Shown: piece after piece, positions 48,885-61,754 of the stretch
How positions within the stretch are numbered: the first letter of the stretch is position 1
Layout of the letters: each line of letters opens with the position of its first letter
Assembly: GCA_013265495.1 (NCBI GenBank)
Contig: MU058337.1
Location: 1,952,686 to 2,016,685 of the forward strand
DNA: 64,000 nucleotides
From: Vicugna vicugna
Taxonomy: Eukaryota
Direction: 5' to 3'
The notes under the pieces: model-generated
The model's database searches: none
Seen by the model: the letters and a program-made list of their open reading frames with translations, nothing else
Told to the model about the DNA's origin: nothing
Translations under genes and position numbers: made by a program

Positions 48885-49480
48885 TTTATTTTATTGAAGT
48901 ATAGTTGATTCACAATATGCTATGAGTTTCAGGTGTACAGCACAGCGATTCAGTATTTTTGCAGATTGTACTCCATGCTAAGTTATTACGAGATAATGGC
49001 TGTTAATTCCCTGTGCTGAACAATATATCCTTGTTGCTTATCTGTTCCATACAGAGTGGTTTGTATCTGTCAATCCCCTCATTTTCCCCTTCTGCCTTCC
49101 TCCTCCCCTTTGGTAGCCACTAGTTTATTTTCTGTATCTGTGCGTCTGTTTCTGTTTTGCTTATATACTCATTTGTATTATTTTTAGATTCCATATATAA
49201 GTGATGCCATACAAGTCATACAGTATTTGTCTTTGACTGTCATTTCACTAAGCATAATGTTCTTCTAGGTCCATCCATGTGGCTGCAAATGGCAGAATTT
49301 CATTCTTTTTCATGGCTGAGTAATATTCCATTACAGGTGTATACCACATCTTCTTTATCCTTTCTGTTCATGGGCACTTGGGTTGCTTCCATATCTTGGC
49401 TTTTGTAAATAGTGCTGCTATGAACATTGGGGTGCATGTATCTTCTTGAGTTACTGTTTTGTTTTTTCTGAATATATTTC
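48885..49480 (-). mobile_element. L1 3' end
   Basis: ttttattgaagtatagttgatt...gattccatatataagtgat...aaatagtgctgctatgaacattggggtgcatgtatc. Confidence 0.93.
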
Positions 49481-50809
49481 TTGATTTTAAATCATCCTTG
49501 AAAAGCCTTCAATAGAGGAGAGCAAACATTGAACAATCTAATAGCCAACAGATATGGCTTGTACTCAGGTAAACATTTTGAGAACAGCAAGGATTTGTTG
49601 TGTCTTTGAATCAATAGTCTATGAATCAATAAATTGTCAAACGTTTCCAGAATGCTTCACATGTTCTTCTCACTGTGATACCATGGAAATGTCAGAAAAA
49701 GTAGACATTGCAAAAGGGACACTTTTCAGTGTAGATGTAGGTGGCTCTGGCAAGGCCTACTTACTGGAAATGATTTGGTTTCCAAAAAGGAACTGCCCAG
49801 GAGGAAAATGCTGACGTGGTTAATGAACTGCTTTTAGTGTGACTCAGGGTCTAAGAGTTTTGGGGGAGAACTGGTTTTGGCAGAGCATGACGTTGAGGCT
49901 GGAGGCCACTTGATGATAATGAACTTGAAAGTTATATTTGCTTTCCTCTACTGGTGACTTGTCAAGTGTGGTTAAAAAAAAAAAAGTCTTATCTGTATTT
50001 TCAGTGGCAGGTGTGGTTCCCTCAGGAGTGTTGGTTAGTGTCCCTTGACTCATTCATTTATCCTGAGAACAGCCCTCTTAAGAGTTAGGCAGTTGGACAC
50101 ACATTGTCTGTGTGATCTTTCTCCAATAACACGAGCTCCAATTCAGATAAACATCAGCTTTCAAAAACCACACTTCACAGCCTACTCTCGATTTCTCCCG
50201 ATCAAATAATTTTAGCAGAGGAACCTACACTGTACAGCTTCTTTCATAATCACAAAGCATGCTGCCTGGTTTTCAGTGTCATTTGGGAAACCCAGAGTGC
50301 CAAGGCCATTACCATCCAGGAGTCTTTGAAGCCTTAACCACATTTTTTATTCCATGTGGTGCTTGCTTTCTGTGTCACGTCCACGACTCCAAGTGTGAAG
50401 GTGCACTCTGGCTGAATGTGAGTTCTAAACCAGCAAGGGCATCTTGAATCAGGACACGAGGAGCCACTGGGCTGCGAGAGCTGGTCCAACAGCAATGCCA
50501 AGTGGGAGCCGTCACGGCCGCAGTGCTAGTGGGCTGGCCTGACTCCAGGTCTCTCTCTCTCTGTCCAGTGTTTGTTTGCAAGTGGTGCTGACTCTGTCTG
50601 AACTAAGTAGGTCTCTGCAGGACTTGTGTTTGATGGGAGACATCAAGAAGGAGCTACTGGACTTGTTCATCTGGGCCTTCAGATAGAAAGTAAGTAACTG
50701 AGAGGAGGAAAAACACAGGGAGCTGTAACCACAGAATTTCGTGCAGCTACTGAAGAGGGTCATGACTGCTGCGTAGGATGGTGCAGCCTGGGCCTCACAG
50801 TGAGATTTC

Positions 50810-50930
50810 TTACAATAGATGAGGAAGCTGAAGTTCAAGGGTGGTGACGTCGTTTGCTTAGTTCCACATGACCAGACGGTCATTGAGCCAAGGGTAAGGA
50901 CAGAATCAGAATTCTTTCCTGGATTCCCCC
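50810..50930 (-). mobile_element. MIR remnant
   Basis: agatgaggaagctgaagttcaagggtggtgac...ttgc. Confidence 0.6.
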
Positions 50931-51237
50931 GTCCTGGGCACCTTCTCTTGCCATGGGAGGGCTTTATTGTGGTGGTCCAGTCAGTGATCTCATTCATCAG
51001 AATGAGGGCTTTGAGTAGGTAGGACTCTCTGTGTGTGTGTGTACATATATATGAAATCATTTCCATCAAAAATATAAAAAATAAAGTCCAGAAGAGTAGG
51101 AATGAACATGGCATGTTTATTGGGCTCTTTGGGCCTGGTCCTAACTCTTCATTAATTTTCCGGGTCAACTTTAGATAAGTAATGTAAATTCTCAGGTCTT
51201 AATATATAGTTATCTGACGAATACAGTTATATTACTT

Positions 51238-51443
51238 CTGTGTCCCTCCCTGCTAAATCACAGAATCCCCAAATTTCTGTAATTTTAAGAGCTCCATCCC
51301 TACCTTATTACTGGTGGAGAAACAACTAACTCTGTTGAACTGTGTCCCTCCCTGCTAAGTTACAGGACCCCTAAATTTCTGTAATTTCTAGGACTCCATT
51401 CCCACCTTATTACTGGGGGAGAAACTTAATTAAATCTGTTGAG
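51238..51443. repeat. Direct tandem duplication, 2 x about 102 bp
   Basis: Units start ctgtgtccctccctgctaa at 51238 and 51340 and share aaatttctgtaattt, accttattactgg, ggagaaac and tctgttga. Confidence 0.95.
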
Positions 51444-54400
51444 CTAATAGACGGAAGGAAGGCTTGGAAATTCAGACTTGTGTTGCAAGCACAGTAATTA
51501 TACAATGAAAGCAGCATTTTTAACTCAAAGATTAATCTGGTAAGAATGTGCTTCGATAAATGGCTACATCTGAATCATCCCATATTGCATAAAGCAAAAG
51601 CTATTTTGGGAGGTGAACTTTAAAGTCAATTATATGGATTGGAAATACGGAGCTTCAGAAATTTATGTGGGTTTCTACAAAACTTCTACAAAAACCCAGA
51701 ATTTGGGCTGGTGAGATTAATTACAAGGAAAGCCCTTATTACCTTAACAGATAGGATGAAGTCAAGGAGGAAGTGTAGGACGAGAAATACTCAGGGCTGA
51801 AAGGCAGAGACATTGAAATGGTATTAAAGGGCAAAGAAAGAAATCTCAGGGAGTGGCAGGAGCCAATGAGTGACCGTGAAGGACTGGGTTAAGCAAAGAG
51901 GAAAAATATGTTAATAGAATCTTGGAGACGTTGGGCGCCCAGTGGAATTGGCCAGAGTATCGTAAAGAAGGTGGATTTCAACCCAGAGGCCAGTACTAGT
52001 CCCAGGGAAGATGGAGTGAGTTTAATTTCAGGTCCTTACTTCGTGTGGTTTCTACCAGACAGGCTAGCATCTTAGTCCTAAGAACCTGTAGCTTTAAAAA
52101 TGAAGTGCGGTGCTGTTATGATGCTGACACCCAGCCCCCCCACCACACACACACACAGCTACACACACAGCTAAAGAACGGAAGTAGTGTTTCTAAAGAA
52201 CATTAACAATTTTATCTTCACCGTGGTTGTAAGGTGGTGACAGGACCTGGGAAACAAGACAGATCAGACAAGAGACTCACTTCTAGCGTAAAATGACCAC
52301 TGTCCTTATTCTCCGTGATCCTCTATCTCCTGTGTCTCTTCTCTTCCTTTTGAAAAGGAAATCGGGGCCGCTGACTGTCCTCCTCCTCTTCACTCTTCCT
52401 GTGGTCAGTTCTGCGAGTCCTTGTCATAGAGGCCTGATCAGGACGAGGGGGACAATGGTCTGGAAAGTCTTCCCGATTCCGATTGATGAGTCACAAACTC
52501 TCAAGGGTTCCCCTTAATCAGAGATAGTGACACTATCCATCTTAATGTCTGCTTTGTAAAAAAAGTGGATAAAATAGTGATTTGGAGTTTTGCTTCTTTA
52601 TTTACTTCGTTGTTGTTGTTGAGAGTGAGTGATTTGGGAACCCCGTCCCCTGGCTGGCGGATGGTGGCAAACAAATGACTGTAATAACAAGTCAAGCACA
52701 CGGCTGAAGGCTGATAGTCTTCATTCTGCATAAGCTATGGTTCAACAACATTGATGGGCAAATACAGTAAGTACTGGAGTGTACGAAAAAGATACTAACT
52801 CTGCAAGTTTGCCTCAGGATGGCTTGCTCGGCAGGTCAATAATTTGCATTCATCTAATCCAGATTCTTATATAACATCTCAGGATGTCTCCAGGCTCTTC
52901 AGAAACAAATGTTGAAAAGGGAAAATGTTGCGGTGATTATATACAAATTGTCTTTTCATTTGTGGAGAATAAAGACTTTCCATGTCCTCAGTGTATTATT
53001 TTTAGAAAAGAGCTTGCAAAGAGCAGCCTGCAAACGCCCAAACCCTAATTTAGAAACAGCACATAAAAACTATAAAAATATACCCATTTTTTTCAGGAAA
53101 AGGATTACAAGCATCAGTTTGTGAAAACACATTTGATGTTATAATTATAGTTAAATTTCAGTCTACTGTTTAAAATGCACGCATATGCATGCATTCCTTA
53201 CCCAAACCAAAAATAATACAATATGTAGTTTTGTATTTACTTTTTGAGAAAAACACATTACTTTTCAACATAATTATTTAACAGTTAAGTGGAAGCATCT
53301 GTACCATTGTTAGACAGAAAAAGAGGAAATTTATCTTTAAATGTTGTGAATATTATTAGTTAGTACTTAAGTAAGTGTAATGTAATATTGAATAACTTAC
53401 TGACCAATTTTCAAGTTAATACTATATATTTTCCACACACTACAGCAAAGCTGTGAAGTTATGTTTTAAAAACTACCAAAGGTGTTTAAAAATCACTCTG
53501 CTGAAGGCTCAAGAATAAACCTTTAACAGATCAACATAAATCTGTTGAATTCAGGTCAGTTTAACTCTTAAGACACGCTAAAATAAATAAGTAAAGATAC
53601 AAAGACAGAGATGCAATTAGTGTCTGCCATGCACCTATTCTTTGGTCAACAGAGTAAAAAGCTAGACAAATTGAATTCAGGCTGTGGTAGCAGAAGCCTC
53701 CCGGGCAACCAGAAGTGACTTATTTATAAGCTACGGAGAGAGATTAGTCTCAATGTATTGCCCTTCTTACTTTGGGAGGGAACTGGCTCCGGGAAACAGC
53801 CTAAGTGACCTGTGGAGGTCTTTCCTGCACGTATGTGCGCTGCTGCTAGAATTCTTCTAACGAATTCTAACCAGTGTTGACTGAGCTTTCACTGAACGCC
53901 GAGCGCTGGGCTAGCATAGTTTGCAGCATCTCCACTTAGAGATGAGGAAACCGAACAACATACTGCCTGCTTTCTTAAAACGTGTAGCCTGGTGGGCGAG
54001 CCAGAAAATGAAGAACAATGAATAACAATTAATCACTTCACTACCTGTGAAGCAGCAGATGATGAAAAGTCTCTCCGGAGCATATTACAGAGTCAGATAA
54101 AGATTCTGTCGACACACCTCAAGCCTGCGAAGGCGGACGCCAGGCCTAAGCTGTGCGTTTATGGATAACGGTTGGCACAACAGGGTATTTTGAATGAACA
54201 AATCTAAGAATTGTATTCTGTCACACTGAAGCCATTTATGTTTTAATGCAATGAAAATTTGTCGCCCAACAAAATACGAGCATTGATCCAGAGTGTCAAT
54301 GCCCTTAAGCAGTAGAAACCAGAACCCCATTTTCTTTCATGCAGACGCAACTCGCAAGCAGAAGGAAGCGCACTTAGTAAAGGATTCCGCACAAAGTGGT

Positions 54401-54509
54401 TTCGACGGTTTTATTTTGGTCACATAGCATCTAAAGACGCTCTGGATATAAAAATGTGGTAGGACCTTACAGCACCCAACACCATGTCGGTACACAGTAG
54501 GTGCTCAAC

Positions 54510-54875
54510 TAGTGCGTCCGCTCTCACCTGGGTTAGTCTGTGCAGGAGGCAGCCGTTGATTTTTAAACAGCAGAAACCTATTTCCTCTCAGTCTGAGACC
54601 GAGGTGTCGGCAGGGCTGGCTTCTCCTGAGGCCTCGCTCCCTGGCTTCTGGGCGACCACAGATGGCATTCTCACGGTGGCTTTCCCTCTGTGTGTGTGCA
54701 CATTCCTGCCATCTCTTCCTTTTCTTGTAAGGGTGCTAATCCTATTGGGTCAAGCCCCACCCTTGTGACCATTTACCCTGATTACCTCTGCAAAGGCCCT
54801 GCCTCCAAATACAGTCACACCCGGGGTTAGAGCTTCGCCGCATGGATTTTAGGCGACGTAATTTAGTTCATAACA
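54510..54875 (-). mobile_element. MLT1B-like MaLR LTR
   Basis: aaacagcagaaa...aggtgtcggcagggctggcttctcctgaggcctc...tacctctgcaaaggccctgcctccaaatacagtcaca...cataaca. Confidence 0.85.
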
Positions 54876-56826
54876 CCACCCTCAGCTCTTCCCTGCCCAC
54901 AGTCAGCTTCCCCTGGGTGATTTGGGAACTTCCTTTAGAGGCTGAGTTTCCAGTAGGGACCCGTTTATTCGTGCAGTCATTGTTCCCTCCATTCAGTGGC
55001 GGGGCCTGGTCTCCCGGGCTGGATCGGGAGGAGCACAGCTGTGCAGATCCCGCCTCGTTCGGAGGCCCCCCGGGCAGAGGGAGGAGCCCCCTGGGCAGAG
55101 GGGGGAGCTCACCCTGGCCACCCGCTCAGCCTGGAGCATCAGCAAAAGCTGGGGGAGCCCAGGCCAACGCTGTGCCCTGGGAGGGGAGGGAGCCAGGCCG
55201 CTGCTGGGGGTGCCAGAGGCTGTGGGCACAGCCCGAGTTCCTCCTTCTAAGGCCCACGGGGGTGGTGTGCCCCCAGGCCTGGTGAGAGTGATGGAGACAG
55301 GGGGCCCTGGGGAGGTCGTGGGGGTCACCATCGTAGCCCCTTTCAGCCATTTGGAGGAGCTGTCCGTCCTGATTGGGGGGGGGGAATTCTTTGGAAACTT
55401 TGTCTTTTTATAAATGGTTTTGACTAATAGAAAAACAAGGGATTTGATGTAGAGAGTGAAGCGGAGGAAACTGTCACATGAAGGGAAAGGAAAACGGGTG
55501 ATAGGATCTGTTCGAGTTACTACTGAACAGGTGGTTTGTGGTACCTTCTGCCTCCCTGGGCGCTGAAGAGCATCGTTCAGCTGCATCCGCTCGAAGTGCG
55601 GTGGTGCTTCCGGAGGGAAACAGAGTGGGAGACGCTGGCTCGCGTTGTCCCTTGTCGTGTGCCCCCGACTCATCCCGGAGAATGCTGTGTCCCAGCTCCG
55701 CTGCAGCCCTGGGCTAAGAACGTGTCTCCGTTAGTATTTCAGACAGAAAATTTTACGAGAAAAGTAGCTCTTAAGATGTCACCACGTAACTCCCCACAGA
55801 GAAAGCCGAAGAAGCCGCCCTGGGAAAGCGTCATGTGACAAACCGAGCAAGGTGCGTTTGCCTCCGGGGGCGCCCACCCATCACGCAGTCCTTGAGGTCG
55901 GCCCCGGGCCCCAGCAGGGGTTTCTGGAGCATCTGACGCCCCCCTGTAGAGGCGCCGAGGCCAAGGCCAGGTCCGCACGGGCCCCAGGCTTGTGAAGGGG
56001 GTCATGATATGGAGGCATCAGATTCTGACACAATACACTTTTCTAACGTGAGGTATCACCCCTTCCGAAACCGGATACAGTATAATTCAGAAATGTCAAT
56101 ACCCACATTGTTTCGTCCCTTTAATAGCTAAAGACATGAAAACCATAGTTAGCAAGTAACCAATGTAGAGATTTTTAACAACTGAAAAGAGAACAGCCAT
56201 TTTCATCACCAGACAAAGATTTACGGTGGTTACCGATTTCCGAGATAAGAAAGCGCTCTCAAATGCGAAAACGGGGTAGTTTGGGATTCCTTCTTTTCAA
56301 TGCCTCAGCCTTATTTTCGAAGTTCCCATTAGGAGCATACACCTGTTCCTTTTGTATTCTCTGAAAGTCACGGAGCTGTGGATTGAGCAAAGTAAGTGCT
56401 CGTTGTCCCCATTTCCGCCACTCGGTGCTGTCTGAGAAGGAATAATTGATGTCATTATATTTTAGGAAAAAAATCAACAGTTGTACCTGTTCAGTTTTTG
56501 ATGATAATGAACATAGAAGCTATTTAATAATCAATAAGAAAGAAAATTCCTCTGAAAAATTAGCTTTGCTTTAAGCTTGACTGATGAATAAAAACCCTGC
56601 CACATTATAACATTTCTCTGTATCGCACAAAATGCTATTTTGTTTCTCCAGTTGATTGAAGTTAAGCATCGGCCAAGAGCTACAGAAACAGAAAACAGCG
56701 CTCCTGCCTTTTATTGAAGCAGCACCGGAAACTTCAGAGTGTGTTTCTGATTATTAACTTATGTCCTCATCTTTGTCTATCAGCAGGTTCAAAAATAACA
56801 CAGTTGTAGAGCCTGTGGGTCCAAAG

Positions 56827-57047
56827 GAGGGTTTCTGAGCCCCGGTGCTATTGACATTTTGACCTGGACAGTTCTTCGTTGTGGGCTTTGCTGTGCGTTG
56901 AAGGATGTTTCGCAGTGTCTCTGGTCTCCACCCACTAGATCTCAGTAGTACCCACCTCCCAGATGTGACAACCAAAGGCATGTCCAGACGTTTGCCATAT
57001 GTCCCCCAGGAAACAGTTGCAAAACCACCCTTGGTTGAGGACCCCAG
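56827..57047 (-). mobile_element. MER20 DNA transposon, near full length
   Basis: agggtttct...gctattgacattttg...cacccactagat...tgtgacaaccaaa...tgtccagac...ggttgagg; reverse complement of the MER20 consensus. Confidence 0.9.
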
Positions 57048-57900
57048 CTCTGAATGAGAAAAAAAAAATTACATTCAGATAATTAGGACCCTCCCACCAT
57101 TTTTTTCCTAAACATTCAAAACTCAACACTGTAACCTAAACAAAAATTTCGTTTCATTTGGCCAAATGCACCTTAGCGTATGGAGTCATTTGCCTTGAGA
57201 TTTAATGATATGTGTTCAGGGCCCCTTTTCCAAGCCCAGAACTTTCTCTCTCTCTGCCTCAGAGAACTGTCAGTACAAAATTCTATGGAAGGAGTCACAA
57301 CTTGTTCCAGACCTTATTAATCCCTGAGCTGTTTAAATTTGAAAGCTGCTTTCTGACATAAAAATCCTTGTAAGCCTGTGCTCCCTGAATTTCACCTGGC
57401 ACTTCAGGGTGACATTTAGATATTTGGTTTTAAGGAACTCCCACGTTCTCACTTAATCTTGTTACTTGTTCTTAGGTAGGATCCCCTCCCACCCAACCCC
57501 TCGTCTTACGTGGGATGTTATTTCCTCCAAATTATTGTGTCATTGTTCTGCCGAAAGCATCACCCAAAAGGGAGTTTCCTAGTGAACCAGTATCAAAATG
57601 TAGACCAGATTATTATAATTTGAGAGCTGGCATCTTCTTTGGCCTCAGGGAGCCTTTGTATTCAATCTCTTTTGTTTTTTGAGTGAAACCAGCTAGAGTG
57701 GAGTGGAGAAATGTATTAGTAATTGGTATCCCCATAGAGAGTGTTTGCACGTGAGGATTTCACACCAAGTTACGAGTCTGAAGGTAGATTTAACGCAAAA
57801 GCTGGCATATCAGTCTTAGACGCATTTAGTCTGTGTAGCTTTCCATGCTGATGACTGAGGCATTCAAAAATAGCTCAGAAAAAAAAAGGTGCATTCAGGG

Positions 57901-57974
57901 AAGAAAAAAAAAAAAAAAAAAAAAAAAACCAACAAAAAAAAAAAAGAAAAAAAAAAAAAAAAAAAGAAAAGAAA
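57901..57974 (+). repeat. Long interrupted poly-A tract
   Basis: About 74 nt almost entirely A. Confidence 0.95.
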
Positions 57975-59929
57975 CCCCACAAAAACAGGCCAAGCAAGGA
58001 AGACCGTATCAGTCCAGGGAAATCTCACTCAAAACAATGAAGTAATGTAATCATCTTTTACGAGAAAATGAAATTCTCTTTACAAGTTCAAGTGAACAAA
58101 ACATAAGAAAGTGAGCTATCACTTATTGCCTGGAGGAATTCAAGAACAGTGCCTGACAACTTTTTTTTTTAGAATTTGACATTATGCTCAACAAAGAAAT
58201 TCAGGTGCCTTTTTTAAATTAAAAGGAAGAAGAGAAAAATGTAGGCACCTGAGTGTTTGCTACATGTGAAGACCCTGGAAAATAGGAAATAAAAGAACAT
58301 TTCCCTGCTGGAAAATGATCTGCAAAGAACAAGGCTGGCTGTGTAAGATTAATAAAGGGGCTCAAAGAGCAGGCGGAGAAGCTGTGGAAGATCTTCAAAA
58401 ATGTGTCAGAGTTACTTAAAGAGGTATCACAGAAGTCTGCATGATAGAACAAAAAAAACACAAGACACACAAAATCCCCTTCCAAGACCATATCACTCCA
58501 CTACTGAACATGTCACATCAATTCTCTGAGCTATGTCACAGGCATCGCACACCCAAAGCCTCCAGACACAGAAAATGAGATCACACCTGTTTGACGATGC
58601 CAAGCACAGAGCCAAGCTGCCGAAGTACCGCTCCGACCTTTGCAACCCAGTGACGACAGAGAGATCCCGGCAGTGACTCATGGGTCACGCTTTTGTGGAA
58701 CCTGTGCTTCCTGACTGACGCATGGGGGCCTGCAGGTATGTGTACTTGCCTGTGAGTGTGTGTTTGGGGGAGCAGGATGGAGGCGGCGAAGTGGACTCAT
58801 AGCATTACGCTTCAGAACAGCACAACCAACCCAGATGTGACGGAGGGTTTTCAAGGAGTTACCGAGCAGACATGGAGGAGGTATATTGATGGTTGGAACT
58901 CAGGAGTTCTCTCAACGGTATCGGTTTTCCTTCTAAATGAGGAAGAAAGGGAAACAATAGAGCTTTTATCCATGAGGAGAAATCATGTCAAGCAATTTTA
59001 ATATGGCACTGGAAGCCGGTATTAGAAGAGGGTGCTACAGGCAGCCCCGGTGAACTCTTCCCTGGGGGAGCTTCAGTCTCCATTACAACGAAGCAGACTG
59101 GGTCCTGCCAGCTAATTCTGCTCAGTCCACAAGCAGACCGTGAGAACCTCACCCTGACTGTTCCTTGCACATTTTCAGAAGGATCATTATCTTTCGTAGT
59201 AAGAGCAGTGACTCAAGGGTTTTGATACCTGTCAGAGATAAATAAATATCATTTTGGGCTGTCTCCTTGGTTCACTATTTTTCACCATTGAACCTGCTGG
59301 CTTTTAGGGCAACAGAACATAGTGGACCAAACGCAGGGCTTCTAGGCATAAACAGGGTCTCCATCCAAATGCTGACAGTGACCAACAGGGGTGACACTGG
59401 GGTGTGGAAGATGTGGAGGAGCAGAGTTCACCACGTGTCATCCTCTCAACACCTTTCGAGTGGGGGCTGTGTCTAGTGATAAGAAAGGAAAATTGTTCAG
59501 GAGAGTGACCACCGACTTATGCAGCATTAGATGATAATGGCAAATGGAGGCATTCGATTTTCTGCTGTTTGATGATTCTGGAGATAGGGACAGAATTGCT
59601 TATGGTTCCTGCTTTTGAAAAGATTAGGTCTGGAAAGATTAAACAGGAAGTCATCCATTTGATGTGTTTACTAGTTAACACTTCACACAGTCCCGGGAGT
59701 GGACTGGCATTCCCCAAGGAGCGCTAAAAAAAAACCCCGAAAGACCAGCACTCAGAGGATTCTTCCTTGGTTATAAGAGGGGAAAAATGTATATGCAAAA
59801 TAAATTGGACAAAAGACACCAAGACGTGACTGTGTGTTGCATGACTGTTTCAGCGCAGCCTTCTGGAAGAAGCCACCTTCGTACCTCGGAGCACCCTCTG
59901 GGCTGGCTTTCTGCCCTTTGCTCCTGACA

Positions 59930-60480
59930 GGTCCCTGCCCCCTCTCCCTCCACAGCCACTTTGGTCCCCACTCTCTCCTCCCATTTTTTTCTTCGTATTT
60001 CTGCTAGGGAGATTTCTTCTTTTCAGTACGTATCTGCTCATTATTAAATTCTTCTGATGCGAAGCATGAATGGCTCTCGGTAGTTCTCCAGATGTGGCCT
60101 GACTTCTTAGCTGAGCGCACCAGGGTCTTCCTGGCTTCCTGTTCCCACCGTCCCATCACCTCCTCCTCCCCTTCCACCCTAGTGGAGAACTGGGGTTTTC
60201 CTGTGTCCCTCAAGTTCATCCCTCATCCCTGCGTTGTTCTCTCAGCATGGAATGCTCCCCCTTCCTCTTCTCTGTCCTTCTAACTTACCATCTACAGTGT
60301 CACCACCCGTGGAAACTTCTACGTGACTATTTACTCGTGGCATTTTTGCATTTTAATTGTTTGATTGCCACTTTCTGTCCCCATGTTACTATGAACTTAT
60401 GGGGGCTTAAGGAGCCACATTTTATTAGACTTTCAGTTGGAGTCTTTGAAACAAAGTGGTGGCTCAATATATAGATTTTA
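59930..60480 (+). mobile_element. L2 LINE 3' remnant
   Basis: gttctctcagcatggaatgctcccc...gtggctcaatatatagatt, resembling an L2 3' end. Confidence 0.55.
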
Positions 60481-60744
60481 AAGAAAGGAGAGGAGGAGAG
60501 AAGACAGTGGGAGTGAGGGTGGAGGGTGGGAGGGAGAAATCGTTATCTTCTGCCTCTTTTCTTCCTTGTCCTAATTATTTTGCCTACAGTTAGAGGACAC
60601 ATCTGCCCTTGAAATTAATTACCTAATTAATTTACAAAATGCTTTATTGAACATTTCTCTGAAGCCAGGCATCATGCTATGTGATAAACTTGAATAAGAC
60701 AGTCCTTGCTTAGAAGTGGTTTCCAGCGTGATAGTGGGCGAAGT

Positions 60745-61130
60745 AGTCGATTCTGCCAAGTCTCCGTTCCCTAGTTTTAAACAGGGGGCGATAGCAATGC
60801 CTTCCCAACAGGGTTCTCACGAGGATGTAAAACTGCTTAACGACTTGTCTCAGAGCAAAGTGCCCCCAGATGATTCTCTGTCCCTCTCAGCTCCGTCTGT
60901 CCCTCATCCCAGTCACAGGAGACCACCTGAGGAACTGGGGTTGGTGGAGGAGGTTGGTGAGATCCGCGTCTCCCTGTAATGTCTCAGGCTTATCCGGATG
61001 TGGTCTCTGCCACTGGCTAACTGGGAATGGGGCCTGGGACAAGTGAGTTAACATCTCTGTGTTGAAGTTTACTTGTCTGTAATACGGGGACAATAATATT
61101 ATCAATCTCACTGGGTTTTTCAGAGAAGTA
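60745..61130 (+). mobile_element. Two MIR remnants
   Basis: gggttctcacgaggatgtaaa (about 60810) and ctctgccactggctaactggg...gggacaagtgagttaacatctctgtg...tctgtaatacgggacaataat (about 61005-61100). Confidence 0.65.
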
Positions 61131-61719
61131 AGCTGGCCCTTAGCTCAGCACTGACCCCCGTGCAGGTTGCTAGAGGCACTTAATGAGAGACTGTGACCAC
61201 TCGTGGAACCTGCCTCAGGCCTTCTCACTCTGGTTACCTCCCCGTGTTTTTAAACCACCTACCTTCTTCCTTCCGTCCTGCTCCCAATGGCAGAAGCCCT
61301 ACCGCATGGCCTTCCCCTGGGTCATGTGATCGGGACCACAATGAAGAGGAGACTGTGGGGAGAATTCATTCTTATTGGTTATTGTTATTACCTGGGATTC
61401 CACCAGTATTAGTAGACGCAGCCCCTGTGCAGCTCTCTGCCACGCCTACAGGAAGACTTCCAGATCAGGAGCTACCTTGCTCCAAGGTGGAGGCTCTCGG
61501 CCCCTTCCCCACTTCTACATCTGTATGAAAGCAGATGTCAGAAGCGCTGGGTCATCACTGGGATAACCGGGGTGAGGAGGCAGGGCTTTGGGGCAGAGGA
61601 CAGAGAACAGCTCTGCCTGCAGGTCAGGGAGGCTCCAAAGAGGAAGTGACCTTTTGTCCAGCCTCCATTAAAGCCGACTGGAAAACTGTTGGCAATGTTG
61701 ATTCATGTTGATAAAATTA

Positions 61720-61754
61720 AAAGAAAGAAAGAAAGAAAGAAAAAAAAAAAAAAA
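61720..61754 (+). repeat. (GAAA)n + poly-A simple repeat
   Basis: Directly visible. Confidence 0.9.

Noticed and set aside
50512..51168. 218-aa minus-strand ORF
   Set aside because: Non-ATG start, runs through a microsatellite and a MIR, no recognisable domain.
51238..51443. CRISPR-like repeat-spacer array
   Set aside because: Only two long diverged units with no spacers and no cas genes, in a mammalian context.
54993..55673. 226-aa minus-strand ORF and overlapping ORFs
   Set aside because: Pro/Arg/Gly-rich translation of GC-rich DNA with ORFs on both strands; no recognisable homology.
57845..58045. Poly-lysine ORF
   Set aside because: Translation of the poly-A tract.
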